A DNA stretch of 63,839 bases, the filler included, from Dicyema japonicum (taxonomy: Eukaryota > Animalia > Dicyemida), in the NCBI GenBank assembly GCA_011109175.1. It is 8 parts of 8 records of this genome, joined end to end, with 100 filler letters (N's around TTAATTAATTAA, not from the genome) between each part and the next. Parts side by side here need not be neighbours in the genome. Positions count along the whole stretch, not along the records: positions 22,984 to 38,677 come from RDEW01000121.1; positions 38,778 to 40,113 come from RDEW01000068.1; positions 40,214 to 46,903 come from RDEW01000034.1; positions 47,004 to 54,204 come from RDEW01000040.1; 4 more parts are not named here. One strand, given 5' to 3'. Positions 36,039-48,997 of the stretch are shown piece by piece. The first letter of the stretch is position 1. Each line of letters starts with the position of its first letter. A program made the translations under genes and the position numbers. The notes below the pieces were generated by a model. The model had not been told where the DNA came from. It made no database searches and saw only the letters and a program-made list of their open reading frames with translations.

Positions 36039-37257
36039 TTAATTCCATATTCGGACTATCTTGTCACAAGAGGAAGTAAAAAGAGGCGTCTCCCTCAGGG
36101 CGACACCCCAAACCCGCCTTGATAGGTCCCTGATGCCCTCCTTCCAACGAAACCTAAAATACAAATCACAAAAACAACAAATCAAAGACTCGTGCAGAAC
36201 ATCAAAGCAATAGCAAATCCAGTCATCCAGCACCGACAAACATAACTCGCCCAGACTTTGAGAAATCAAAACAAGTGAAGGTCTTGTCTTGGCCAATCGA
36301 ATAAGTGGCGATTCTTTGATCCGACCGAATGTCGAACAACCCTGCAGTGTTGGTCATCAGAGACAGTCCCAAAGGCCATTCCATTGGGAAAATACTACGA
36401 TTGGGATAACAGGATTCAACTTTGACTCCGTTCACGTCCGACTGGTGGTCCTCAAAGCTCCTGACTGCACGTTTAGTCCTCAAATCCCACATCTTTCTTC
36501 ATAAAACCAAACTTATGGATAACCATGACTGAATTGTCCGCAGAGGAAGTCAGAAAAGTGTCTGATCCAGGAAAATAGGACATATCCACAACATCTTGAC
36601 TGTGTCCGTAAAATTTAGTCACTGCTGTCTGCTTCGGGACATCCCATAAAATACTAAAAATAAAAAATCGAGTAAAACACCAGGATTTGTCCCCGGAAGT
36701 AGAAATCAGTTGCTCCTGACTGAGAAACGTGCAACTGGAAATATATCCATAGTGTTCCTTGAACTTGCTGGCCTGCACATACTGACCGGTCCCGGAGTCC
36801 AGTCTAAACTCATTAGACGTTCTCCACTTATAGATTGTCACGACATTATCCAGACCCCCACACGAGATCAGGTCTTCGGTTTTGGGCGTGAATGAGCAGC
36901 AGAGAATCCATGTGCAGTTGTGGACTATAAAATGGAGTTTATTCTTTGTCAATGTGTCCCAGACAATCAACTTTCCGTCCAAAGAAGCACTCAGGAGACG
37001 TCTGTGGTCAGATCAGCAGTTTACCGGGGAAACGGGGACCAGGTACAGCCAAAGACCTTGTCGGTGTGGCCTGATAGTTTTTTCCGTGGGGAAAGTTTGT
37101 AATTGGTGAGTTGAGGGACGTCCTTGCGAATATCGGCAAGGTCTTTGTCGCGGACATTTTTGCGTTTTTCCTTGGGTAGTAAAAATAATTAATGGAATGC
37201 CTGGTTTTTCTGTTTTATTAGGTTTATCTTATCGAGTTGCAGGTCGACGTCGGCCAT
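36039..37257 (-). CDS. Heterotrimeric G-protein beta subunit, divergent
   Basis: Coiled-coil N-terminus, LSGHTDKV, SASLDGKLIVWD, CGGLDN, GYISSC, SGDKSC.LWD, DHQSDVN, FPNG.AF...SDD..CRLFDIR, DFSKSGR and VRIWN*. Introns 37171-37200 (GC-AG), 37002-37024, 36654-36680 and further introns of 31, 26 and 36 nt. Several single-base indels in the 3' exons. Confidence 0.93.
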
Positions 37258-37829
37258 TCCCACAGTGCAGATATAAATTCACAATTTTTATTACAAAATT
37301 ACATTCTATAATGTATATTTTATTATGATTATTAGATCTTTAACTGTCATTTTCTCTTCGAACTTATCGTAGGCAATATTGCCTGAGCTAACTATCAGAG
37401 ATTTGTCAAAAATGCCATTTTTACATATTTGAATCAAAGTGTAGCACAACTGAAATATTTCGTCCAAGTTCTGTGGTGGGAGTGACGTGTATTGTATCGA
37501 TAGCCACATGAATAGTCCAATAAAATAACATTCCTTTGCTTGATCGACTAAAACATTATTTTAAAATTGGATAAATTTTGCGTCATCATTCCACACTGAG
37601 TTGGTGGTTTTTAATAGCGAATTGGCATTCGACAACTTTCCAAGCTCCACAAGAGCCTTTATCATTTGACATATGTGACAGCATTCTGATCCACCAAACT
37701 ATAAGTGACTGGAAAGTCATAAATATCCCCGATTAATAAAATCTCAGAATACATTCGAATCTCCATTCTATCTAGCTGCTGAAATATTTAACATTTATCA
37801 AATTCCCAAACCAGAAAAGTCGCCGGAGA

Positions 37830-38677
37830 GTTGTTCCCTACAAAATAGTGGGAAATGATTTTCGGTAGTTTGGTTGAGCGATGCGTAGGACTGAAACAGC
37901 GACATTTGGAGACTGTTATTCCCTGCAACTCGGAAGATATGGTGTATGTTCTCCGGGGCCCTGCGTTGGAAGGTTGGTTTTGTGTATCAGTTCAGGTTGG
38001 GGAGAAGTCGTCAAGAAAGATAGGTCAAGGAATATGGCCAGTGTGAAACTCACTACGGCCACATCCTCGACTCCGGTTCTCCTCCCATATGACGATATTT
38101 GCTGCATATCCGCCGAACCCTTCTCCTGCATTGCCTGAATTGCCAATAAAATATTGTCTTTTATTTATTTTTGTGTTAATGGGAGTAGGTCGATTTCGGT
38201 GTCTTATTAAAAAGAAAAAAACATTTTCTTCCACGTCGAATGTCCCTCCCGTTGCCGGGGTGGATTCGATGACCTACGAGGATACGGTAAATAAAACTTG
38301 GTTCACCAAATATGATAGTATACAACGAATTTTCGACAGGGTTACTAGTTTTGTACACCCTGAATCCAGCTGCGCTCGGAAACCCCTATCCGGACTGGGA
38401 GGAACCCATTTCCTCTCTCGACATTGATCAACAGGAATCTCTTCGCACAACCTTCCCAGAGGTTAATTACAAAAGTCCTTAAAAGAACACCCTACACTGC
38501 TCGAATAACACCCTGAATGAACGTGTCAGTATCAAACTAGCCGAAGGTGACGTTCGAGCTACGATTCGCACAGTCTCAAACGACGACCACAGTGCTAAAA
38601 ACCGACTCCTGATGTCCATCGAGTTCAAAACACCCCCGGACCTCACCAACTCGGGGTGGGGATCGCCAACGGTTGCG
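37830..38677 (+). mobile_element. CRE-like element, degenerate 5' part (PHD remnant and pre-RT region)
   Basis: RCVGLKQRHLE (PHD-like) and LNERVSIKLAEGDVRA, homologous to 16680-16740; runs into a gap. Confidence 0.55.
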
Positions 38678-40213
38678 NNNNNNNNNNNNNNNNNNNNNNN
38701 NNNNNNNNNNNNNNNNNNNNNTTAATTAATTAANNNNNNNNNNNNNNNNNNNNNNNNNNNNNNNNNNNNNNNNNNNNAAAGTCATCGTCAATGTTCACGT
38801 GAAGAATTTGCCCTGTGATAGTGTGAGGTGCAATGGAGACGCTATAAAAACAACGTAACAGGCCTTCCATGGCCACGTGGTGCAGTCTATTTTCAGCAGA
38901 ATTTTTACTAGATTTGCCTCAAATTTGGAGATGAGACTCTTTATTGTCATTATTTATAAACTTTTTGACGTGGACCTCTTTTTCAAAAATAGAAAAATAG
39001 AACGGCCAAGTATTGTCAGTGGTGATGTTTTACAATATCAAACAGCCTTTCCGTTGACCCAAAGTTGGTTGAGAATACAGAAACGAGTCCATAACTGAGG
39101 TTATTCTACTTATTAACAGTCTGTGCATTCTTACAAATTAGCACGTGTTCTCTTTCAAAATAATATTAACTGTTAGTTTTTGAATTACACTTTTTTTATT
39201 AACATTATTTTAATGACCAAGAGTAACCAAACTAACTAACTCCTTGATCCTGACTCGTCTCCAGGTAATAATTGGATCCTCTTGATGCCAGACATTGGAC
39301 GTCTCCTCAGTATGGTGGATCTATTGACGCCATCAGAAAGGAAATAATTTATGATTAACTATCCACATAGCACCACATGGAGATATTTTCTATATATTTA
39401 ATGCGAGCGAGGTTGAGGCAGTGAACTTTGATTTAAAAAGATGCGATCCCCGCGAAAAACTGTGGTTGAGGGCTTGAAATGGCGGTGATCAAACGCAATC
39501 CTGGCCTTTAACTAAAAGACTTTAGTTATTTCGAGTATTCTTCAGCTCATATCTCTCTTACTAAATTATTAAGATTGTCAATATAATTCTAGGGTCATAT
39601 TTACTAAAGAGCTGCTAGAATATATTTATTTTTGTTTACACATCAATGACAATCTTTATGACACTCAGAATTTTGAATTTGATAGAAAAGAGAACTATAG
39701 CAATCACAGTTCTTATAATATAAATCTAGAAAACAATTATATTTTAGTTTGATGCTGTCGTACTGATCATTACCCTTGTAATTCTGGTATACGTGATACA
39801 TACCTTACTGTTCGTCTGCTGAGAATGTTGAATCTGTCTTTTAGATTCTCTAGCTATTCAACACGGTTTTGACTGTATCCTTGGCCGTTTTTTACTTTCG
39901 AAAGGTTAACTCAATTAGTAAATTAATGCAATCACTGCTAGAAAATAATTTCTCTTATATTTGTTGAAGGGTTTGTCATGATCCGCATCTGAGTTCTGTA
40001 CAGAACCAAATACACTTGACGGATCTATGGGAGCATCAATTCATTGCTATGACGTTCTTGTTAGCCACAGGTCTCTCAGTTTAAAAGATAACAAATCATG
40101 GTAAATAAATAAANNNNNNNNNNNNNNNNNNNNNNNNNNNNNNNNNNNNNNNNNNNNTTAATTAATTAANNNNNNNNNNNNNNNNNNNNNNNNNNNNNNN
40201 NNNNNNNNNNNNN

Positions 40214-40500
40214 CATTGCAATGTTTGGTGGAGTCAACATATCCATTCGTAAGATGTGACCAAAAAGTCTCCACCTAGCCTTGAAAATCTCCTCTGATAA
40301 TGGCCTTAAGCCACATCTTTTGTACAGTTCTGAATTTGATATCTTTTTCGGGAAACGTATTCTCAAGATGTTTCTTAGCTGATTTCTATGAAATTGATCC
40401 AGATTGTCCATTTCCCGTTTCGTAATCCCCCATGTACCACAGTTGTATGTCAGGACTGGAACCACGAATGTTTTATACAATTTAAGATGATTACTTGGTT
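40214..40500 (-). mobile_element. RTE-clade LINE thumb fragment
   Basis: YKTFVVPVLTYNCGTW...FHRNQLR.ILRI....ISN.ELYKRC...RWRLFGHILRMD. Confidence 0.85.
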
Positions 40501-40864
40501 TATGGAATAAATCTTCTGCTTACCATAAACCTTCTCTATTAACTTAGAAGAAGCTGAAAGATCAGTTAGAACCTTGGTCACGACTAAGATTTTGATAGTT
40601 TTACTACAGCTTTACTGTAATGACTGTGGAGATTTCTCTGTATGTCATTAACACAATATGGTCTGTTTTTTCGATCATGCAATTTAAAATTCTATTTTCA
40701 GCCTCTTTGTCTAAATCTCAGTATTCTTAACCAGAAGATTAACCTATTTTATTCATAACACGAAAGCTAGAAAAGACCGCCTTTATAATTATTTTATCCC
40801 ATTAAATAATTTATATTTAATTTTTAAGATTTTTGATCGACTTGGAATTTAAAAACTCATGTAA

Positions 40865-41036
40865 TCACGTGCAGTGTAATATGTTTCGGACCAAAATCCA
40901 GGTGGTTCCTGGTTCGAAGCTCGCTGTTGTTCATTTGGTTGGTTCCACACGTCTACAATGTTTCTGGGTTGACGAGTCACTAAGTCGTTTCATCTCTACA
41001 GAACCTGATTTTCGTCTGGGATTATTATTATTATAA
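40865..41036 (+). mobile_element. tRNA-derived SINE, copy 3 (diverged)
   Basis: ggttcgaagctcgctgttgttca..ggttccacacgtctac..gggttgacgagt aligns with copy 1; (ATT)n tail at about 41022-41035. Confidence 0.6.
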
Positions 41037-41039
41037 CCC

Positions 41040-41800
41040 CAGGAACACAGGAAAAAAAATTGTCGTCTAATTAAGTGATCCCGGTGTCAGTGCGTCCTCC
41101 TTTGTTTCGACTTTTCTGCAATTTTTTATGATCGTCTAAAAGGGGAAGGTTTGATCTCAAATTTGCGAGCATACTTCTGGTAGGCGAGAAACTTATCTTC
41201 AGGGGGTTACCGGAAGATACCATTTTCAACAAATTTCGTTGTTCGTCACCGAGATGTTCCATAAGTGTTTTCTGTAGTAACGAAGTGGACGTTTTTTCGA
41301 CGTTCTCAATAGTATTCTGAGACATCGATTTTGTAAAACTTTCAGCTTGCTCTGTGCCGATAGTGATCAAGGGGGTAATCCATGCAGGAAAGGCGTACTC
41401 GATACTAGGTAAAACAAATTGTTTGTATAGCAGCTCTAACCATGGGCGGGAAGATATTGGAGAGTGACTGAAAGCCTTGAGAATTCAAATTTTCTTTAAA
41501 TCCTCGTGGTTACTAGGTCCACTTGATGAGTCAATGTGAGGAGAAGATCCAGGATGACTCCAAGGATTGAAAGCGTCTTTTTAATAGGAAGCGGGGAGTC
41601 ATACAATTTTACTCATGGTGTTGCCCGTATATCTCTTCGTGCTGAGGAAAACGTCATTACATGTGACTTTCCTGGTGATATATTCTTCAGGAACCAAAGA
41701 CCCATCAGGTTTAGTAGATCTTGCACGGACCGTGTTGCCTCCTCGATTCTTAAATGTTTCACTGCGACCACGAGATCATCCGCATACGATAAAGAGAACG
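41040..41800 (-). mobile_element. Jockey/L2-like LINE 3' remnant
   Basis: SPGKSHVMTF, LSILGVILD and LYKQFVLPSIEYAFPAW. Confidence 0.65.
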
Positions 41801-43010
41801 AGAATATTTTTCATTATTATCATTATAAGCACTTATCGCTATGTCATAGGACTTGACAAAGCATGTGCAACACGAGTTGGCAAATCACTGGTTAGTTTCA
41901 TCCACTTCCTCCTATTCAAAGCCGCAGTGCGCAACCAGTCAAGATCCTCTCCACTTCCAAGATACCGTCCCATTTCTTTGATGTCCTTGTCGAGAACGAC
42001 TGCCAGTGTCGTCCTTGGGCGACCACGGAAACGGGGAGCCTCCAACATGGAGTAATCCTCCATTGCTACGTTCGCGGGGGGCATATAGGTCCAGTCGCAG
42101 AATATGGCCGAAAAGCATCCATCGTGTATCCAGAATCTCATTAGAAATTTCTGAGGTCTTCGTCCTCTTATAAAAAGATTAGATGACATCCTCGTATCAC
42201 TTCTTTTGAACATCATATGCCGTAGTTGGTCTCTATGATACGCATTAAGCCTCTTCAGTTCATTTCTTGAGCAGGCCCAGGTACCAGCGTTATACAGTAG
42301 TATGGGTTTCTCTAGCGAGTTGTATAATCGAGTTTTTGTTGTAATGTCAAGACCCTTTTTGTGGAGCCAGGTGTTCTTTAATCTGGAGAGGGCAGTTTGT
42401 GCTAGAGTTTTCCTTCTCGTAATTTCTTCATGGTCTCCTAGGAGGGAGCCAAGCTTTTTGCACTTACGCCAGTATTCCTCCGTCCTTGTTTCTTCCCTCT
42501 TGAGTTCAGTTACCTCAGTCTTGTCCGGATTTACTGTTAGGAACCATTCGGCTAGTCTTCCAGGCACTTCCTCCATCAAGCGGGTGAGCGGTATTTTGTC
42601 GTTTGAAATAAAGTCTACGTCGCCAGCATACGAAATAATGTTTGTCTTTTCACCCAGTATTGGTTTTGACTCCCGTAAACCAGCTTCAAGGTATATTTGA
42701 AGAATTCACCACCGAGTCCGTCGGGGCCAGGAGTCCTGTTGTTTTTCAATTTGGAACTCGCAAGTTCAACTTCATATGGTGTGATTTCCTCGTCTAATTT
42801 CCCTCGTTCTAGGATGATAGTGTCGTTCCTTGGATTGAAAAGTTTTCCAAAGTGGGCAGCGATAATTTCCGCCACTTTCCTTTGGTCCAGGATCTGCATT
42901 CCTTTGTCATCTTTTATCATTATCGGTTGATGGGGTCTCTTTCCTTTCATCTGTTTCACAGCCCTCGTAGAATCTAGCGTTGTCCTTGAGATTCTATCTT
43001 TTCAATCTGA
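41800..43010 (-). mobile_element. RTE-clade LINE (linker, RT, C-terminus) with frameshifts and deletions
   Basis: KLKNNRTPGPDGLGGEFFKY, YAGDVDF, LTVNPDKTE, RLYNSLEKPILLYNAGTW and FRGRPRTTL; (TAA/TGA)-like tail at about 41810. Confidence 0.88.
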
Positions 43011-44542
43011 TCCAGTGCTCTATTTCTGTTATGCTGGCGTATAGTTTTTCTGTTTGCTTTGCTGTAAAAATAGGTACTGCAAAACTCGCCTCCCAGGACG
43101 ATTCAATGTCTCCAATATAACATAAAAAATATAACATACCCAGAAATTTTCCTAACTGATTTGATAATAAAATTTGGAATTGATTTGAGACCATGATTGT
43201 CCCGCATATACTCAACAACTTGTTACCCTCTTCCACATTATATTATTATTAGCACTTTAGGGAAATGGATGGGTTCTTATTTACGAGACCTTGACTATGT
43301 ATACATTTCTGCTTGCTATCCTTTGCAGACCCGACAAATTAACTTATTCAATGTCCTCTGTTTCGTGCTTTTCTCAGAAATTGTTTAGGTCTTTTTGAAA
43401 GTGGAATTTAGCGTTAATTCAGAGCTGTCAAGGTTAATTAGAACTCTCAATTACAAAATAGGTATGGTAGATACTATTGGTGGTTTACGAAGATTTCTAT
43501 TTTCTGTGAAAATGAAAGAGTGGGGAAAAGCAAAAAAATGTACATTTAAGAATTGTAGAATTTAGGGAAATTGAAATTAGGTTAGTTACATGCTATTTGA
43601 GTTTGATTAAAAACGACGCCCTTCTCTTAGAGCATTAGAATTTGTCGTTCTGTCATTCATGCCTTTGACGACCATGGGGCGAGTCACTTATACCCTGACC
43701 CTCTTTCAATTTTCCCGACATATTAGATCACTTTATCAGATTTGTGGGAGTACTCGTCTTTTACGTTTTCGTCAGCACCATTTTCCTTCATTTGGAAGAT
43801 CGGGGTTAAATCGATAAAGCTGCCAATCTCCCATTTCATTTCCTCTATTCTCTTCTCGTTCAGATTAGAGATAATGGATTAGGTGAATTCTCCGGAAGTT
43901 TTGACTCTCGACAAACATACATGAGTTCATAAAAACCGTAATTTTATCATTTTATTACCACATCAATGTATTATAAAAGAATTGTCTATAAAAACGGGAT
44001 TCGACTTTACGTGCATCTTACACGGCCTCCTGACTTTGTCACCTCGTCCGTACTATCGAGAAGAGGGAAAATATTGATTTTCATCCACCATGAAACAAAG
44101 TAGACATTATGTACAATAGAGGTTCGCCACCACCTCAGCGATGAGAATTGGTATCTTTTACGTAAGCACTTCCTCGTTCTGTGGTGCTTTTTCAACAAAA
44201 TTCACGAAATCACCGTCTAATAATCGAATTGTAATAAAAACTAATTTTAAATTTATTAAACTGTATAATATTCATGAAACTTAAATATTCAGGATTTTAC
44301 AAAGGAAACTGAAAATATAGTACAACCCCGCCCCAATAAAACCACGGCTTGTGGCATCCTCTGTATTTTGGGCACCCTCTATATATGGGGCACTTTTTTT
44401 TATAAAGTTCATTATTTTATGAGAGTTTATTTAATTTCCGACTAATAGAATAATAAAAATCATTGACTCCGCTTATTGGGGCATTTTTATTAAATAAAAA
44501 TTTTATTTATTATTCTATTCAACAATAAATTATTATTTATTA

Positions 44543-45485
44543 ACTATGGGGGAGAGCAACTGCTGACATTACGGAGTAAGCGTTTCCGCGGACAACTGTG
44601 ATCCCAATTCGTTGCCTCAGCCAGACTGCTTCCCGCACGTCTTTTATACGGTGGGCCAAATTCCCCTCGATTTCCTTTAGGAAAGAGGCTGTAAGTCCTC
44701 CGGCCGCACCAGACGTCTCGAATGCCACCGGTACAAAACGGTCGCGGTCCCCAATTTCGCCATATTTTTTAATCTTGATTTTTTCGGCCAGATCGGCTGC
44801 CGATCCAGCAGACTGCGCCGAGCTGAGTATTAGCGAGTTCGAGAAAGAATCCACAACAGTGCAGTCCTATATTAGCGATTTTCCCTCGATGAACGGAAAG
44901 ATAGTTAACCCATCCGGTCTTTTCCCGTCTCCGCGGTCCAATCCCACGGGCTCCAGTACTGCGGAGAAGCCTGCAGCTTCAAGAGCACGCATGGCAATGT
45001 TGTTCATAGCAGCTTGGCAGGGTGCTCTGCCCGCACTCCTTTTGCACAAGAGCGGATGCAGCATATTGGCATCGACGATTCATCCACAACGACATTGGTG
45101 TTCGACGCAAACATCAACTCCCAGGTGATTTGCGATCCCAATCCGAATACAGTCATTGTCCAAAAGGGTCCTCAGGAAGGAACACGGGAGTGCATCCAGC
45201 CACGCTCCGCTCCCATAGTTGGCGACGGAAACGAGGCATGCAAGATGATGCTGGTTGGCCTAAGACTTTAGCACGTTTGATGATATTCTTGGAGTAGATC
45301 TCATCCCAGTCACGTTGCCTCGAAGGATTGTTCGGCATATCCAAGCCAGTTTCACACGATTCGCGACGAGCTTTATCGAAGACTTTTTCCCAAGAAAGCC
45401 CGGTTGGAAAACGTAGGATATCTTGGACTAAAAGGCTTCCACTTGAGAGCGATGACACATATGCTGCAAGAGACCTGAAGGTCAC
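44543..45485 (-). mobile_element. CRE-like element, 5'-truncated copy with complete REL C-terminus
   Basis: Near-identical to 17560-18263; adds FVPVAFETSG...LRQRIGITVVRGNA.SV. Confidence 0.88.
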
Positions 45486-45758
45486 TAGTTCTAATCCCGA
45501 TACTGCACATTTCGGCTGAAGGTTCCACGTATCAATATGCTTTGGCTTGACGAGTGACGCCGTTATTAGTGAACTTCACTGCGGAACCGGATCGTCTATA
45601 ATAGACATACACCCAAGAAAAAGAAAACAAAGAAGTGAAGAGCATTCCTTGATTCTCTCTCGATTAACTATTATAACTGTTCTTTGCTTAAAATAAAGTG
45701 TGTTGTGCCTAAGGGGAGCGATAACAGATATGGTTCCTCGGAAAGTGCGAATATTATG
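45484..45758 (+). mobile_element. tRNA-derived SINE, copy 2
   Basis: gaaggttccacg..ttgacgagtgacgccgt..cactgcggaac..aagaagtgaaga.cattcctt..aaataaagtgtgt aligns with the reverse complement of 7347-7658. Confidence 0.78.
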
Positions 45759-45999
45759 ACAAGATTAATATGAAGATATTTTTTAATTGTGATGAAACTT
45801 GCCTTTTCATTAAATAGTTTTTCTTATTTTTGCTTTGATAGTTTTTCTTTCTAGCCGCAATTTTGATTTTACGTTCGAATCGTCAGTATTTTGATATAGC
45901 ATCCATATGGTCTTCTGTTTATTGGCAAGGTCTCACGTGTAAATTTCATTGTGCGATGGGATTTTCTCATTTTCTTTCAATAGATCAGATTGGCTCCTT

Positions 46000-46720
46000 T
46001 ATGTATTGACTGCTTTACAAAATCTCAGGATTTTCCGGGCGGCAAATCTGTAGGCATGTTTTCTAGTTCTGCATCTAGATATTCTTTGAATGCTAAGGCC
46101 CCTTCTGATTGACTGATTAAGGATTCCAAATTATAACGTCTAGAGTTGGGTTCTGTGGTTCCAATGTGTTTCCATTTCGTTTTTTGTAGTACCATAAATC
46201 TCTTTAGAGACAGTCTAGCATATCCGTTTTGTGGTCGCTGTCGATAATCGATCCACCATAAGCTCGTGCATCAAGTATAATCCCTCGATCTTTTTGCCTG
46301 CATATGATATAGTCGATCTGGTCGTACATATTTATCACTCACCCTTCGGGATTTGTTCTATATCCCGACCACGTAGATTTATGTCTGGCTGGATGCATGA
46401 AGGCTGTATTGCATAAAAATAGGTTAATGGTTTGACAGAAGTTAGCTAGTAAAGTTCCCGGGAGATTTTTCCCCCTACCATGCCTTCCCATGAATGTCTC
46501 ATCGGTCGTAACCTGGGTGCCAGCTTTCGCATTTAGGTATCCTGCGATCATTACTAATGCTGAGAGAGCATACTTGGAGAAGACGGCAGAAAGACTGGTG
46601 TAAAAGTCTTCAATCTCCTCAGGGTTTTTATTAAGCCATCCACTGTGAGGGGCGTGATATGAGAAGGGAGAAGTCCAATGGCTTGATACTGTGTTTTCCA
46701 GACATTGAGTTCAAGAGCCA
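46000..46720 (-). mobile_element. RTE-clade APE endonuclease remnant
   Basis: YAPHSG, IAGYLNAKAG, HGRG.N..G..L..FC...LFLCNT.F.H..RH..TW and IDYI. Confidence 0.8.
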
Positions 46721-47003
46721 GCTCAACCAAAAAGAATATTTTTCATGTAATCATTAAAAAAATAAACTATGATGATTTTATTCTGTAATTAATTTGATTT
46801 TTAAATTAATTAAAATATATATTATTTTTAATGATTTAAAATAAAATTCTAATTTTTGAATTTTTAAAAGTTGCCTGTGAATGTATTTTCTTCATGGTAT
46901 TGANNNNNNNNNNNNNNNNNNNNNNNNNNNNNNNNNNNNNNNNNNNNTTAATTAATTAANNNNNNNNNNNNNNNNNNNNNNNNNNNNNNNNNNNNNNNNN
47001 NNN

Positions 47004-48222
47004 AGCTCATCTATACCAGTGAAGGTAATGACTACTCGAGGGGTGGTAGCTATTAGTGACTTGGTAAAGTCGAATACATGAGGCATAAGTCCTTTATATT
47101 TTTGTTGAATGGGTAATTTGAGAGCAGAGAGATGCCCCAAAAAAAGATCACTCAGCCATAGTAAATTAACAACTGGGAGAGAGATAGAATTAGCTTTTTC
47201 AGTCTTCGGAGAGTTTAAAATGTTTGAAATGAGAACTGCCGACTGCCCCGTGAGGTTGGGTGAGTATTTTCCTCCCAGTAGATGAATCATATCACGAATA
47301 GTAGTCCTTTCAGCTTTGGAGAAACCGGAAGTAGTTATTAAAAGTCCCCGGCAGGGATAATAGTCAGAGAAAAGTCGTGGAAAATGAATGGCTTTCCAAG
47401 GTGGAGAAAGAGAAGACACGGAGAGTACATCGTTCAGCCAATAAGGAGATACGACTTGTTTTCCATGGAGGATGGCCTGAACTAAAAGGGAATATTAACC
47501 TTAGAGCATGCGGGTGTATCCTTCACTGCACTAATCAGGTAAGAATATTCATCCGAGAGTAAACCCCCGTGTAAATTAATAACGGAAGATATATCAGATT
47601 TTACAGAAGGGTCAATTTGGAAAATAACCCCAGATAGCAGTCCACCCTCATATTTTTGGGGGTGGTATTCACTTTCCCCCACGCGTCCATCAAGTGAATC
47701 CACTACCCAGTCTGGGTTCACTACATGCACTCCGTCATAAACTAATGATCTGTCTGTCGTTATCACATGAGTGGTATCAGAGTCGACCATCCAATTCACA
47801 TGCCCTCCACGAAATGTAATCATAGCCCAGAGCAGGTAAGAGTCTTCCCCTGCTTCGATAGTTGCATTCACTCCATGAAACACGTTATTTACGTTCAAAG
47901 ATAGTGCCTTATAACTACATATAATTATCCTTTCACTACCTTATCAATGTATCGCAGTATAGTGATAGACTCACCCACTCGGTCTAAAATCTCAAAATAT
48001 TAAACTACTCGGACAATTGGTAGGTCAAATAGATCACGTGCTTCGTTATATTCCAGACAATGAGGGTCATCACAAATCACCACGTCCACAAATTCTCCAG
48101 ATAATCGAAGTGAAACCCACCGTTACATATTAAAAGTTCAATTATCTAAAACTAATCACCCATTCTAATACCGCTGGGTCAACATCTATTGCCGCATAAA
48201 AACCTATTGAAGCAAACAACAT
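47004..48222 (-). CDS. PAXIP1: PAXIP1/PTIP multi-BRCT protein, 5' part (BRCT1-4), truncated by a gap
   Basis: EARDLFDLPIV, LWAMITFRGG, VNPDWV.D, YHP, GLLSGVIF.I, PPWKAIHFP, PC.GLLITTSGF and VVNLLWLSDLFLG. Introns 48146-48171, 47984-48008, 47915-47939, 47477-47499; one single-base correction near 48101. Confidence 0.87.
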
Positions 48223-48589
48223 AATCAATTTAATCTATTTATTTTGTACTAAAATAATTATTTGTTTTTAATATCAGTAATTAAATACGATCTTAATAAT
48301 CTTTTTATTTGGTCCCTGTAGGATCAGAAGTTCACGGGAAAGCCTTGAACACAGGCGTCTCATTGAAAAACTCTCGATTACCATATCAAGGTAATGGTTT
48401 GGATAGGCATCACTAATTGGTTAGCAACACAACTGATTTGCTTCAACCGATATTGTATCATTCTTGCTGCAAAATTTATACCATAGTACATGAGACATTG
48501 AGAGAATTAACGGAATAGCCTTAATTTTCAGTCACTTTCTATATCATTAAGCATTTTCAGAGATGTAATAATTATAGAACATATGAGAT

Positions 48590-48850
48590 GTCAAATTGTC
48601 GAAGTAAGTATCAATTGATCAAGCAATTGACTTGCCTTAATGCAGGGAACTTATTCCAGGCTTTGAACGAGTACTCCATTTCATTGCTCAACTACTACGT
48701 CGTTCTGATCGAATTCGAACCGAGTGAGTACGATAATTGACTTTATTGTCCGAGCTTACTCAGACCAAAATACTTCACGTGTTAGCAAGCAATAGGGAAA
48801 GATTATACTTGTCTCGCAGGAGTTGGGACATGACTGGTAACGTCTCTACC
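48590..48850 (+). mobile_element. R4/Dong-like RT C-terminal remnant
   Basis: CLNAGNLFQALNEYSISLLNYY and SNRERLYLSR..LG. Confidence 0.6.
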
Positions 48851-48997
48851 TAAGTGAAAGGAATTCATACCCAGATGCACGACAGTTTGTGTAGTGGTCG
48901 AATATACCCCAAAGGAAGGCTTCATCCTTGCTGTTAAAAATGTGTGTTACAACACCTAGGAACTATAAAAATATGTTCGGCTATGTATGGTCTAGAT

